From an uncultured delta proteobacterium (lineage in GTDB: Bacteria > Myxococcota_A > Polyangia > Polyangiales > Polyangiaceae), in contig CAVOKF010000005.1 of the NCBI GenBank assembly GCA_963696385.1, positions 672,001 to 736,000 on the forward strand: DNA of 64,000 nucleotides, written 5' to 3'. Shown in pieces: positions 1 through 9,202 of the stretch. Each line of letters begins with the position of its first letter. The first letter of the stretch is position 1. The notes beneath the pieces are model-generated. The model searched no databases. It was not told the DNA's origin and saw only the letters and a program-made list of their open reading frames with translations. A program made the position numbers and the translations under genes.

Positions 1-1107
1 GAGTTTGAGCAGTGTCGATTTGCCGGCGCCGTTGACCCCCATGACGCACCAGCGCTCGCCGCGCCGGATGAGCCAATCCAGTCCGGAGTAGATCGATCGG
101 GTTCCGTACGATTTGGAGACGCGATCGAGCTTGGCCACGTCGTCGCCGGATCGCGGCGCGGCTCGAAACTCGAACTCGACGACGTGGCGTCGTCGGGGGG
201 GCTCGACCTTGTCGATCTTCTCGAGCTTCTTCACCCGCGACTGCACCTGTGCGGCGTGGCTGGCTCGCGCCTTGAATTTCTCGATGAAGGCCTTCTCCTT
301 GGCGAGCATCGCTTGCTGGCGGGCATACTGCGCCTCCTGCTGGGCGGCGGCGATTTCCCGTTGTCGCTCGTAGAAGTCGTAGTTGCCCGAATAGGTCGTC
401 ATCTCCCCGCCGTCGATCTCGACGATCTTGGTCACGAGACGGTTCAAAAATTCGCGGTCGTGCGACGTCATGACGAGCGCACCGTCGAAATCGCGCAAGA
501 ACTGTTCGAGCCAGAGGATCGATTCGATGTCGAGATGGTTGGTCGGCTCGTCGAGCAGCAACGCATCGGGTTTCATCAGAAGAATGCGCGCGAGCGCCAC
601 GCGCATTTTCCAGCCGCCCGACAGGTTGCCCACGTCCTCGTGGATCACCTCGTCGCGAAATCCCAGACCGGCGAGGATTTCGCGCGCGCGCGACTCGAGC
701 TCGTAGCCCCCGAGGTTGTCGAACCGCGATTGGGCGTGCCCGAAGCGTTCGACCAGATCGTCGATTTCGTCCGCGCGCGCGGGATCGGCCATGGCGTGTT
801 CGAGCGCGTGCAGCTCGCGCGCCGCATCGGAGACGTCGCCGGCCCCCGCCATCGTTTCTTCGAGCACCGACCGGCCCCGCATGTCGCCGACGTCCTGGCT
901 GAAATAGCCGACCGCGGCGGTCCGATCGACCAGGACCTGGCCGCTGTCGGGGTGCTCTTCCTGCACGATCATCTTGAAGATCGTGGACTTGCCGGATCCG
1001 TTCGGTCCCACGAGTCCGACTTTGTCGCCTCGAAAGACGCTCATCGACGCGTCGAGGAACAGGATCTGACGGCCGTGTTGCTTGCCGATCGAATCGAGGC
1101 GGATCAC
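1..1107 (-). CDS. ABC-F family ATP-binding protein (3' end runs off window)
   Basis: Reverse strand reads MIRLDSIGKQHGRQILF...GLVGPNGSGKST, LSGGWK, LLLDEPTNHLD and a second Walker A VMGVNGAGKSTLLKL at the window edge; no TM segments. Missing from the ORF track because it is open-ended. Confidence 0.92.
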   Translation of the reverse strand, partial: MIRLDSIGKQHGRQILFLDASMSVFRGDKVGLVGPNGSGKSTIFKMIVQEEHPDSGQVLVDRTAAVGYFSQDVGDMRGRSVLEETMAGAGDVSDAARELHALEHAMADPARADEIDDLVERFGHAQSRFDNLGGYELESRAREILAGLGFRDEVIHEDVGNLSGGWKMRVALARILLMKPDALLLDEPTNHLDIESILWLEQFLRDFDGALVMTSHDREFLNRLVTKIVEIDGGEMTTYSGNYDFYERQREIAAAQQEAQYARQQAMLAKEKAFIEKFKARASHAAQVQSRVKKLEKIDKVEPPRRRHVVEFEFRAAPRSGDDVAKLDRVSKSYGTRSIYSGLDWLIRRGERWCVMGVNGAGKSTLLKL

Positions 1108-1180
1108 GCGTTCGTCCGTCTGCGCGTGGCCGGGCGTCGGTGCCCGTCAAGCCGTTGGTGGGGGAGGGGGGCCGGACGAA

Positions 1181-1648
1181 TCATCCGCGGACGCGCCAGT
1201 GGCCGACATACGTCTTTCCCAGATCGTCGCACGTCGGATCCGTGGCGACGATCTCCGGGCGGCCGCCTTTGCACACGAGCACCGTGTTTTGACGGAAGAC
1301 GCGTCCGAACGCGGTCGCCTCATCGCGGTCCATTCCATGGACCAACCAGGCCGGTTCACGCCAGGTTCCGTCGGGATCCTCTTCGTAACCCACGCATGCT
1401 TCGACACGGTAGACGCCGAGCACCAACAAGTCGCGCATGACGACGTGGCGCTGCTCGTTGACCTTGCGCGGCAGCAGCATCGAACGGGGGTTATATGCGG
1501 TGAGCACGGCGAACGGCTTCTGGAGAAGCTCTGGCAGCGCGGAGGGGTCCGACGCGAGCTCGCCGTCGAGCGAGACGCGCAGCAATCCCGAAGGGGATGG
1601 AAACTCGTACACCGTTCCCAGGTAGCTCCGGAGCAGGTTCTGGTCCAT
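1181..1648 (-). CDS. DUF3293 domain protein
   Basis: FAVLTAYNPRS...WREP...A..FGR.FRQN pattern typical of DUF3293; ATG at 1648. Confidence 0.75.
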   Translation of the reverse strand: MDQNLLRSYLGTVYEFPSPSGLLRVSLDGELASDPSALPELLQKPFAVLTAYNPRSMLLPRKVNEQRHVVMRDLLVLGVYRVEACVGYEEDPDGTWREPAWLVHGMDRDEATAFGRVFRQNTVLVCKGGRPEIVATDPTCDDLGKTYVGHWRVRG

Positions 1649-1707
1649 GGAGGCGACACCGGATAGCACGAGTCCCGACGCCGCTCTCAGTGGAAAGCCG
1701 AGGCCGA

Positions 1708-1845
1708 GGTCGCGGTAGTCGCGGTCGCGGTAATCGCGGTAGTCGCGGTCGCGGTAGTCGGGGTCGCGGTAGTCGGGGTCGCGGTAGTCGGGGTCGCGGT
1801 AGTCGGGGTCGCGGTAGTCGGGGTCGCGGTAGTTCGGTCGCGGTC
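1708..1845. repeat. Intergenic 15-bp tandem repeat (GGTCGCGGTAGTCGG and variants), about 8-9 units
   Basis: Directly visible periodic sequence between two minus-strand genes. Confidence 0.95.
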
Positions 1846-1846
1846 C

Positions 1847-2425
1847 TCACCCTGGATGAGCTAGGGCGTTTGCGCTTGGCGTGGCCGCCGGATGCGCCGT
1901 CGGGCGGTGAGGGGCAGGTTGGGACGACCCATCGAGGGGCATAAGGTCGACGTGCGTGTGCACCGACCTGGAGAATGCGATGCTTGGCGACTGCGGCTCA
2001 AAGCCCGGGGCTTCGACGCGAATCACGTGGCTCCGATCGTCGCGGGGATGTTCCGCCTCGTAGGGGTTGGTCGCGAGCGCCACGCCGTCGAGGAATATCT
2101 TCGCGCCGGACGGTAGCGCGTCGATCGAAACAACGATCGGCTCGGATGCCGGTGCGGAAGCCGCGGCCGACGGCGCCGCGGTCGGCGTGCTCTCGGTCGC
2201 GCGTTGGGGATCCGCCTCGTGGATGCCGTGAGTGCACGCGACTAGCATTGAAACGCCGGCCGTCGGCAGCGCGGAGATTCCCACGACCAAGCCGACGATG
2301 GGCGGCCAGCGACGCGCTTTGCGCGCTTGGGCGAGCCGCATGCCGCCCTCGCCGAGTGTCGGGACGAAGGGACGCCTTCGGTTCAATTGCGTCGGGCCAA
2401 GCCCGACCCCGTCTGATTTGGCCAT
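1847..2425 (-). CDS. PEGA-domain membrane/lipoprotein
   Basis: Hydrophobic segment, Ala/Pro linker, then SIDALPSGAKIFLDG...HVIRVEAPGFEP (PEGA). Confidence 0.75.
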   Translation of the reverse strand: MAKSDGVGLGPTQLNRRRPFVPTLGEGGMRLAQARKARRWPPIVGLVVGISALPTAGVSMLVACTHGIHEADPQRATESTPTAAPSAAASAPASEPIVVSIDALPSGAKIFLDGVALATNPYEAEHPRDDRSHVIRVEAPGFEPQSPSIAFSRSVHTHVDLMPLDGSSQPAPHRPTAHPAATPSANALAHPG

Positions 2426-2525
2426 GGTCGCCTGACTCGAACCCTCGCGCACCACCGTAACCCAGGGATGCGTTCGTTGCCCCGCCAAAACGCATGCCTT
2501 GATGCGACGGCGCACCCCAGCAAGG

Positions 2526-3194
2526 TCACGCGTGGATCGACGGGTACTCGGACGACTCGACGGTCCAGGGCTCCGTGCGAGCCGCGGCCAACCACTCTTC
2601 CATGGCCGGAAGCGCGAGCACCGCCGCACAGTACTCGTGCAGCCGAGGGTCGATGTCCACATCGTAGGTTCGGAACCGGAGCACGACGGGCGCGTACATG
2701 GCGTCGGCAATGGAGAAGCGGCCGAAGAGGAAGGGGCCGCCGCGCCCGAAGCGATCGAGAGCGTCACGCCAGAGCGAGCGCACCCGCTCGATGTCGCGCA
2801 GCGACTCGATCGTCCGACCGCGCCCGGGCAGTCGCGCGCGTGCGTTCATGGGCATATGCGTGCGCAATGCCACGAAGCCCGAGTGCATCTCGGCGCTGAT
2901 CGACCGGGCGACCGCGCGTGCGCCGGCGTCGTCGGGCCAAAGGTGGGCCTCCGGGAACGCCTCGGCGATGGTTTCGCAGATAGCGAGCGAATCCCACACG
3001 ACGACCTCCCCACGCTGCAACACCGGCACCTTGCCCGACGGAGAAATCTTGCGGATCGCATCGGGCGAGTCGGGACGGTAAAGCGGGATGACAACCTCGT
3101 CGAACGGCGCGCCTGTGTGCTTGAGCGCGAGCCAGGGACGAAGCGACCACGACGAGTAATTCTTGTTGCCTACCGCCAAGACCCATTTCGCCAT
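2526..3194 (-). CDS. Glutathione S-transferase family protein
   Basis: GNKNYSSWSLRPWL, SPSGKVPVL, WDSLAICE, FSIADAMYAPV. Confidence 0.93.
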   Translation of the reverse strand: MAKWVLAVGNKNYSSWSLRPWLALKHTGAPFDEVVIPLYRPDSPDAIRKISPSGKVPVLQRGEVVVWDSLAICETIAEAFPEAHLWPDDAGARAVARSISAEMHSGFVALRTHMPMNARARLPGRGRTIESLRDIERVRSLWRDALDRFGRGGPFLFGRFSIADAMYAPVVLRFRTYDVDIDPRLHEYCAAVLALPAMEEWLAAARTEPWTVESSEYPSIHA

Positions 3195-3524
3195 ACCGAA
3201 ACCGTAGTGGGCTCCGGACCAACAAGCGACCTGTGAACCCACGGGCGGCCGGCGACTACGAAGAACGGCCCACGTGCTCTTCGAGTCCCTCGCAGCAAGG
3301 CCGCGATCGGCATGCAAAGGCGGGAGACGCGCGTGCGCGTGAGACGGGCCTCACAAAGGCCGCCAGGGGTCAAGCGCGTTTCACGCCCTTGCGGGAGTGA
3401 ATCATGCGTTCAGGTGCGCGGCGGCGAACCCGGGGCCGCTCGGACGGAAACCGGTCCCGGACACAATCCAGGATGGCGTGTCGCTTTTGGTGATCGCCGC
3501 GCCCGTCGTCGGCGATGACTCGAC

Positions 3525-4622
3525 ATGCAGATTCGGACGGTTCGTTGTCTCGCGGCCACGCTGCTGGCGGGCACAGTGTGCCGACCGAGCGGCGCCAACG
3601 CGCAGACCACGCCGGTGCGTGTCGCGTACGTCGCGGCGGCAGGGTGCCCGCCGGGGCCCGACTTTGCGGCCGCCGTAGCGGTGCGCGGTCGGAACGTCCT
3701 CGCCGTGGACGACGATTCCCCTTCGGTCATTCGCGTCGCCATCGCGGCGGAACCAAACAGGGGGTACCGTGGGACCCTCCGGATGGGATCCTCCGACGAG
3801 GGCGCACGCGAGGTGCACGGCGCCACGTGTCGCGACGTCGTCGATGCGCTGGCCCTGGTGGCCGTGAGCTCGCTGGGGCCTGCGGAGGCGCTCCCGGCAT
3901 CGCCGACGACGAGCGAACGCGCGATGGCTCCTCCGGCGCCGCAGCCCACACCCGCCGAGGCGCCCATCGCACCCCGCGTGGCGAACCTTCCGGATCGTCG
4001 GCCAGAGGACCGCACGCGCGCCGCACCGCTCGAACCGCTGCTCGTCCCGGCCGGAACGCTGACCTTCGACAGCACCAACTCGTTCGGCGTTTTCGGGGGA
4101 GTGATGACCGGTCTCATTCCAAAGGTCGTGGTTCCACGAATCGATTTCATCGAAGCCGCGCGGACGAACTTGGTCACGTCGCCCGATGGCCACACCTATC
4201 GGGTGTGGCCTACCGTCCGACTGCACGGCAGCCTGTTTCCTTCGCTGAAATACCACTCCGCTTACGGGATGACGAACGCCAGTGGCGGTCTCGCGCTGGG
4301 CGCCGACGTGTGCGGCGCAGTCTACTACGACCGAAACGGTTTGCAGGTTCTCGTGTGTCCCGAATTCATGGTGGGCTACACCGCCGTGACCACCACGACT
4401 CCGCCGGGCGTCCGGGTCGACAACGGTCTCGAGGGCTTCGGGACCGTAGGGCTCGGGCTGGACCTCACGTACGATGTCGGGCGTCATTTCCAAGTGGGCC
4501 TCAAGACGGGCGGCGCGGTCCTCCTAGGAGGGCTCAAAGCCGAGGCCAGCGACGGCGCGACCCTTATGCAGTCCTCGAAATGGAGCCTCCACGGGATGCT
4601 CGGCGCAGGCGGGCACTTCTGA
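3525..4622 (+). CDS. Secreted protein with predicted C-terminal beta-barrel-like region; first gene of ECF sigma triplet
   Basis: Signal peptide, CP..DF / C..VVDALAL motif, C-terminal aromatic residue; TGA overlaps the sigma ATG. Confidence 0.65.
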   Translation: MQIRTVRCLAATLLAGTVCRPSGANAQTTPVRVAYVAAAGCPPGPDFAAAVAVRGRNVLAVDDDSPSVIRVAIAAEPNRGYRGTLRMGSSDEGAREVHGATCRDVVDALALVAVSSLGPAEALPASPTTSERAMAPPAPQPTPAEAPIAPRVANLPDRRPEDRTRAAPLEPLLVPAGTLTFDSTNSFGVFGGVMTGLIPKVVVPRIDFIEAARTNLVTSPDGHTYRVWPTVRLHGSLFPSLKYHSAYGMTNASGGLALGADVCGAVYYDRNGLQVLVCPEFMVGYTAVTTTTPPGVRVDNGLEGFGTVGLGLDLTYDVGRHFQVGLKTGGAVLLGGLKAEASDGATLMQSSKWSLHGMLGAGGHF

Positions 4623-5272
4623 TGGCCGGGCGGTCGTTCGTGCGTTCCGACCCGGCCGCCGCCGCGGAATCGGCCGACTGCGAGCCGTCCACGGTCTGCC
4701 CTCCGGGTCGGCGCCGGGACGCGATTCCGAGGGGCGCCGCCTCCGAGTCCGAGGCGGCGATGCGCCGACTCTTCGAAATGCACTACACGTCGATTTGGAG
4801 GCTTCTCCGCCGGCTTGGCGTAGCGTCGGGCCAGGTCGATGACGCCGCGCAACAGGTGTTTTGGGTGGCCGCCCGAAAACTCGCCGAAATTCATCCCGGC
4901 AGCGAGCACGCTTTTCTCTACGGCGTGGCGATCCGCGTGGCCTCCCAGGAACACCGGCGGCGCAGAGCGGCATCGCAAACCCCATCAGCCGACAATTGGG
5001 CCCGTATGAGCGATCTCCCGTCGCCCGAGGAACAGCTCGAACAGCGGCAAGCCCGAGCCTTGCTCGATGCCGTTCTCGATCGGATGACGATCGAGCTACG
5101 CACGGTGTTCGTTCTCTGCGAGCTCGAAGAGCTCCAGGTGCGCGAGGCCGCGGCGATCGAGCGGATCCCGATCGGCACCGCAAGCTCGCGGCTGCGAAGG
5201 GCGCGCGAGGAATTTACGGCCATCGCGAAGCGCGTTCGCGCCACGTGGATGGCCCAGAGAGGCATGCGATGA
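4622..5272 (+). CDS. ECF RNA polymerase sigma-70 factor
   Basis: Region 2 (IWRLLRRLGV...DDAAQQVF...FLYGVA) and region 4 (VFVLCELEEL...IPIGTASSRLRRAR). Confidence 0.92.
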   Translation: MAGRSFVRSDPAAAAESADCEPSTVCPPGRRRDAIPRGAASESEAAMRRLFEMHYTSIWRLLRRLGVASGQVDDAAQQVFWVAARKLAEIHPGSEHAFLYGVAIRVASQEHRRRRAASQTPSADNWARMSDLPSPEEQLEQRQARALLDAVLDRMTIELRTVFVLCELEELQVREAAAIERIPIGTASSRLRRAREEFTAIAKRVRATWMAQRGMR

Positions 5273-6075
5273 GCTTCATCGACCGCGGCGACGACGAGTT
5301 CGAGCGCGCGCTGCGACACTCCGCAAGGCGCGATGCGCCCGCTGCAGATGCGACTGCACGGGCGTGGTCCCGGTTTGCCGTTCGGCTGGCGGCTTCGCCC
5401 GTGCATGAATCGCCCGGGCCTGTCAGGGCCCCCCTGTCGGTCGCGAGTCCGGTCCGCCGTTTCAGGAATGCGCTTGCGACCGCGAAGTGGGTCGTGCTTG
5501 GCGCCATCGGGGGCAGTGCGGTCACCTTCGCCCTGGTCGGCCGTCATGCCGGGCCACCCGCGCGGGTGGCCTCGCCTGGCCCCCCGTCGTCCCTTCGGGA
5601 TCCATCGGCAAACGCTCCGGGCCAGGCAGCCCCGAGCCCTCGGGATGCCCTTGAGCCGCAGCCCGGCGCCGGTTCGGCCTCCGTCTCTTCAGTGTTGCCC
5701 TCACCGGGGCCCGCGTTGGCACGGGTAGCGCCGCCTCTCCCGAACGTGCCGCGGCGGGGCGTGGCTGCACCCGAGGCCTCGACCCTGGCTGCCGAAGTGG
5801 CTGCACTGGACGCTGCGCGCGGTGCGCTCGACGCCGGTGCCCCCGACGACGCGCTCACCCTTCTGCATCGCTATCTTCTGGACTTTCCGAAGGGCAAGCT
5901 CGTGCCTGAGGCGGAGGTGCTGGCCATCGAAGCGTGTGCCGAAAAGGGTGACCGCCTCCGGGTGACCCGCGAAGCGGCTCGCTTCTTGGAGCGATATCCG
6001 AACGCACCACAACGGACACGGGTGGAGCAATTGCGCCGAGACGCAAGCCCAAGTCGAAGTCCAGCTTCGCCGTGA
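5269..6075 (+). CDS. Putative anti-sigma factor with TM helix, Pro-rich linker and TPR-like C-terminus
   Basis: ATGA overlap with sigma; TM; STLAAEVAALDAARGAL...FPKGKL.PEAEVLAIEA tail. Confidence 0.75.
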   Translation: MSFIDRGDDEFERALRHSARRDAPAADATARAWSRFAVRLAASPVHESPGPVRAPLSVASPVRRFRNALATAKWVVLGAIGGSAVTFALVGRHAGPPARVASPGPPSSLRDPSANAPGQAAPSPRDALEPQPGAGSASVSSVLPSPGPALARVAPPLPNVPRRGVAAPEASTLAAEVAALDAARGALDAGAPDDALTLLHRYLLDFPKGKLVPEAEVLAIEACAEKGDRLRVTREAARFLERYPNAPQRTRVEQLRRDASPSRSPASP

Positions 6076-6578
6076 CGACGGAATGCGGTCCGCTTTGCGA
6101 ATCGTTGGAGGTCCGGGTACGATTCCTGTCCTGGATGGCAAGGCCCCGAACACGCTTCGCAATCTACTGGTGCACGACGGCGGACGGCGACGAGGACTGG
6201 TTTGTGGTCGCCGACTCCGCCCGTACGGCCCGACGATTCCATGAGCAGCAGGAAGGCTACGAGAGCGGGGACGCCCGTGCCGAGCGGGTCACCCCTCTTC
6301 CCCCTGAACTTCAGGTTGACGGTGGCTGGCGGAACGGCCTTACGGGGAGCGTGATGGATCACGCGTGGTGGCCGAGCGACGATCTCCTCGTCGCGTGCGG
6401 CGGGGAAATCGCACGACAGCCACGTGGAGGCATCAGAGAGACGATGGGTGTCGTCTGCAAGGATGTCCGCTTCGGCGAGCGAGTCTTCCGGGCTGGAGAC
6501 GTGGTCACCAACGTGCATCGGGCATTCGGGCGCAAAGAACCCCGCCTTTCGGTCTTCAAGGGCAGCGGAGGCTCCTGA
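6072..6578 (+). CDS. Hypothetical protein
   Basis: Coding-like ORF (YWCTTADGDEDWFVVA) overlapping the upstream stop; start may be the ATG near 6135. Confidence 0.55.
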   Translation: MTTECGPLCESLEVRVRFLSWMARPRTRFAIYWCTTADGDEDWFVVADSARTARRFHEQQEGYESGDARAERVTPLPPELQVDGGWRNGLTGSVMDHAWWPSDDLLVACGGEIARQPRGGIRETMGVVCKDVRFGERVFRAGDVVTNVHRAFGRKEPRLSVFKGSGGS

Positions 6579-6856
6579 TTGAGGCGTCCCGGAAACGCAA
6601 CTTCTTCGCCTGGATGCATGCCTTGCATGCATGACCGTCGCCCTCTGTTCTGCGAGCTGGGCGTGAGTCAGCCAGCGAAGATGGCATCCGCGATGCATTG
6701 TGTAACGTAGGCGGCACGCCCCGAGTACCGTTGCAGCGAGCACGAGCTGCGTGATTGCGGGCGCGCATTGCGGGTCGAAGCTCGCCCCGCCCCGGGGATT
6801 TCGCTCCCTACCGAGAAGCGGTTCTTGGCGCTCGCAGGGTCTCTGGAGGTGCAATC

Positions 6857-9202
6857 GTGGATAACGTCGACATCGCGCGCCTGTTCGATGAGATGACCGA
6901 TCTTCTCGAGATCGAGAGCGGCAACCCGTTTCGCGTCCGCGCGTACCGCACAGCTGCGCGAACCATCGAAAATCTGGGCGAGCCGGCTTCGGCGATCGTC
7001 GCCCGCGACCCCCGAGGCTTGGCGGAGTTACCGGGGGTCGGAAAGGATCTCGCCGCCAAGATCGTGGAGATCCTCACGACGGGTGACCTTGCCTTGCGGC
7101 GCGATCTCGTGGCGAAGGTTCCGGAGAGCCTTGTGGTGATGATGCGCGTCGACGGCGTGGGGCCAAAGCGGGCGAAACTCTTCTACGACAAGCTTGCTCT
7201 GAAGACGCTCGAGGATCTCGAGGCCGCAGCCAAGGTTGGCAGGCTCCATTCCGTTCGCGGAATCGGCGAGGTCCTCGAGAAGCGCATCCTCCAAGGCTGC
7301 GCGGATCAACGCGCTCGCGCGAGTCGATTCCGCCTCGCCGAGGCCGATACGCATGCCGCGCCTCTCTTGGCCTACCTCAAAGCGGCGCCGGAGGTCGTCG
7401 CCATCGACATCGCCGGGAGCTTGCGACGTCGCCGCGAGACGATCGGGGACATCGACGTGCTCGTCGCGTCGAGCGAGGGGCCTGCGGTGGCGCGGCGCTT
7501 CGTAAGGTATCCCGAGGTGACGAAGGTTCTCGCACACGGCGAGGCCAAGTGCTCCGTCGCCTTGCGATCCGGGATGCAGGCCGACCTTCGCATCGTCGCT
7601 CCCGAGTCGTACGGCGCCGCGCTCCACTACTTCACCGGTTCGAAGGCGCACAACATCGCGGTTCGGACTCTTGGCGTAAAGCGCAACCTCAAGATCAGCG
7701 AGTACGGCGTCTTCCGTGGCATGCGCCGCATCGGAGGCCGCACCGAGCAAGAGGTCTTCCGCGCCATGGGGCTTCCGTGGATTGCGCCGGAGCTACGAGA
7801 GGACCGCGGCGAGATCGCCGCGGCTCGTGAAGGGAAACTGCCTCGGCTCATTGAGCCTGGCGATCTGCGTGGGGATCTGCACGTGCACACGGACGCGACC
7901 GATGGAAAGAACACGCTGCGCGAAATGGTCGAAGCATGCGCCGCGCGCGGATACGCCTACGTCGCGATCACCGACCACACGCAAGCGCTCCGCATGACCG
8001 GAGGGCTCGGTCGCTCCGGGTATAGACGTCAACGCCGTGCCATTGAAGCGATGCGCAAGGACTTCCCCTCGATCGCCATCCTGCACGGTGCAGAGGTCGA
8101 CATCCTGGCGGATGGAAGCCTCGACCTCGATGACGACACGCTCGCAGAGCTCGACGTGGTCATCGCCGCGGTGCACTCGAACTTCGCGATGACCGGGGCG
8201 ACGATGACTGAGCGCGTCCTGTCGGCACTCGCTCATCCGCGCGTCGATATCCTCGCGCACCCGACCGGCCGCCTTCTAGGAAAGCGCGAGCCCTACGCGA
8301 TCGATATGGTCAAGGTCGTGAAGACGGCGTGCGAACGCGGCATTCTGCTCGAGATCAACGCCCAGCCGGAGCGACTCGATCTGTCGGACATCTTGGTGCG
8401 GATGGCGCGCGATGCGGGCGCACGGTTCGTGATCAACACGGATGCGCACCGCACCTCCGAGCTGGCGTTCATGCGTTACGGCGTGGACCAGGCGCGACGT
8501 GGCTGGTGCTCGGCGAACGACGTGGCCAATACCGGGCGATGGAAGATCCGCCGGCGCAGTCTACCGACGCGGGAACGGGCAGGTCGTACGCGAAGCTTAT
8601 CCCGCGACACTGGCCGCTGGCACTGCTGCTGTACGTTGCCGGATTGGTCCTGGCGTGCCCCGTCGCAGCATCGCGCGCAGCTCTTTCAGTGGGCACGTAC
8701 GACGGACCGTCGAGGGGGGCACCGCCACGCTTTCAGCAACTTTCTGAAAGGCCGCAAACGAACAGCGCGACCGCGCACACCGGAGCGATGCGACGGTGCC
8801 CGGACCGGCGGCCGGCGCGCACCGGTGCAGCGCGAGGGAACGCCCATTCGCGCCGACGCGTCACGGGTCGGCAACGACCCGGAAACCGGAGCGGAGTTTC
8901 CATCCCGTCCATGCACCGAAAAGCTCCGTCTTCCGGCGGCGGGACGACCTGTCCGAGCATGCTCGGCCTTGTCGGCCTGCGTCTCGTCGTCCTTTCGACC
9001 CTCGCCGTTCTCTCGGGCTCGTGCTCGAAGAGCGACAGCTCGGCGGCACCCATCCCGCCCTTGGCGTCGGCGAGTGCCTCCGCCGCGCCCGCGCAGAAGA
9101 CCTTCACGGCAGGCTTCATCTACGTCGGCCCGAAGGGCGACTACGGGTACAACCAGGCCCACGCGGAGGGCGCGGCGGTCGTCGCGGCCCGGCCCGGGGT
9201 GA
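6857..9202 (+). CDS. polX: DNA polymerase X / PHP exonuclease; homology ends near 8535, then reads through without a stop
   Basis: NPFRVRAYRTAA, HhH LPGVGK, AGSLRRRRETIGDIDVL, YFTGSKAHN, PHP GDLHVHT, ITDH, AHPTGR, EINAQPERLDL, NTDAH. Confidence 0.9.
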   Translation: MDNVDIARLFDEMTDLLEIESGNPFRVRAYRTAARTIENLGEPASAIVARDPRGLAELPGVGKDLAAKIVEILTTGDLALRRDLVAKVPESLVVMMRVDGVGPKRAKLFYDKLALKTLEDLEAAAKVGRLHSVRGIGEVLEKRILQGCADQRARASRFRLAEADTHAAPLLAYLKAAPEVVAIDIAGSLRRRRETIGDIDVLVASSEGPAVARRFVRYPEVTKVLAHGEAKCSVALRSGMQADLRIVAPESYGAALHYFTGSKAHNIAVRTLGVKRNLKISEYGVFRGMRRIGGRTEQEVFRAMGLPWIAPELREDRGEIAAAREGKLPRLIEPGDLRGDLHVHTDATDGKNTLREMVEACAARGYAYVAITDHTQALRMTGGLGRSGYRRQRRAIEAMRKDFPSIAILHGAEVDILADGSLDLDDDTLAELDVVIAAVHSNFAMTGATMTERVLSALAHPRVDILAHPTGRLLGKREPYAIDMVKVVKTACERGILLEINAQPERLDLSDILVRMARDAGARFVINTDAHRTSELAFMRYGVDQARRGWCSANDVANTGRWKIRRRSLPTRERAGRTRSLSRDTGRWHCCCTLPDWSWRAPSQHRAQLFQWARTTDRRGGHRHAFSNFLKGRKRTARPRTPERCDGARTGGRRAPVQREGTPIRADASRVGNDPETGAEFPSRPCTEKLRLPAAGRPVRACSALSACVSSSFRPSPFSRARARRATARRHPSRPWRRRVPPPRPRRRPSRQASSTSARRATTGTTRPTRRARRSSRPGPG

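Noticed and set aside
184..1440. 418-aa plus-strand ORF and similar long shadow ORFs (e.g. 17734-19602, 26523-28085, 60020-61531)
   Set aside because: Antisense to well-supported genes; expected in high-GC DNA.
1491..1944. PRPRL / GRGSR repeat proteins
   Set aside because: Translations of the 15-bp tandem repeat that overlap real genes.
6857..8535. Idea that PolX-mediated end joining produced the many deletion scars
   Set aside because: Only co-location supports it; no Ku/LigD in the window, and junction microhomology cannot be tested without parent sequences.
8329..8958. N-terminal 210-aa extension of the BMP protein
   Set aside because: The lipoprotein signal starts near 8959; the upstream part is an open frame across polX and a junction.
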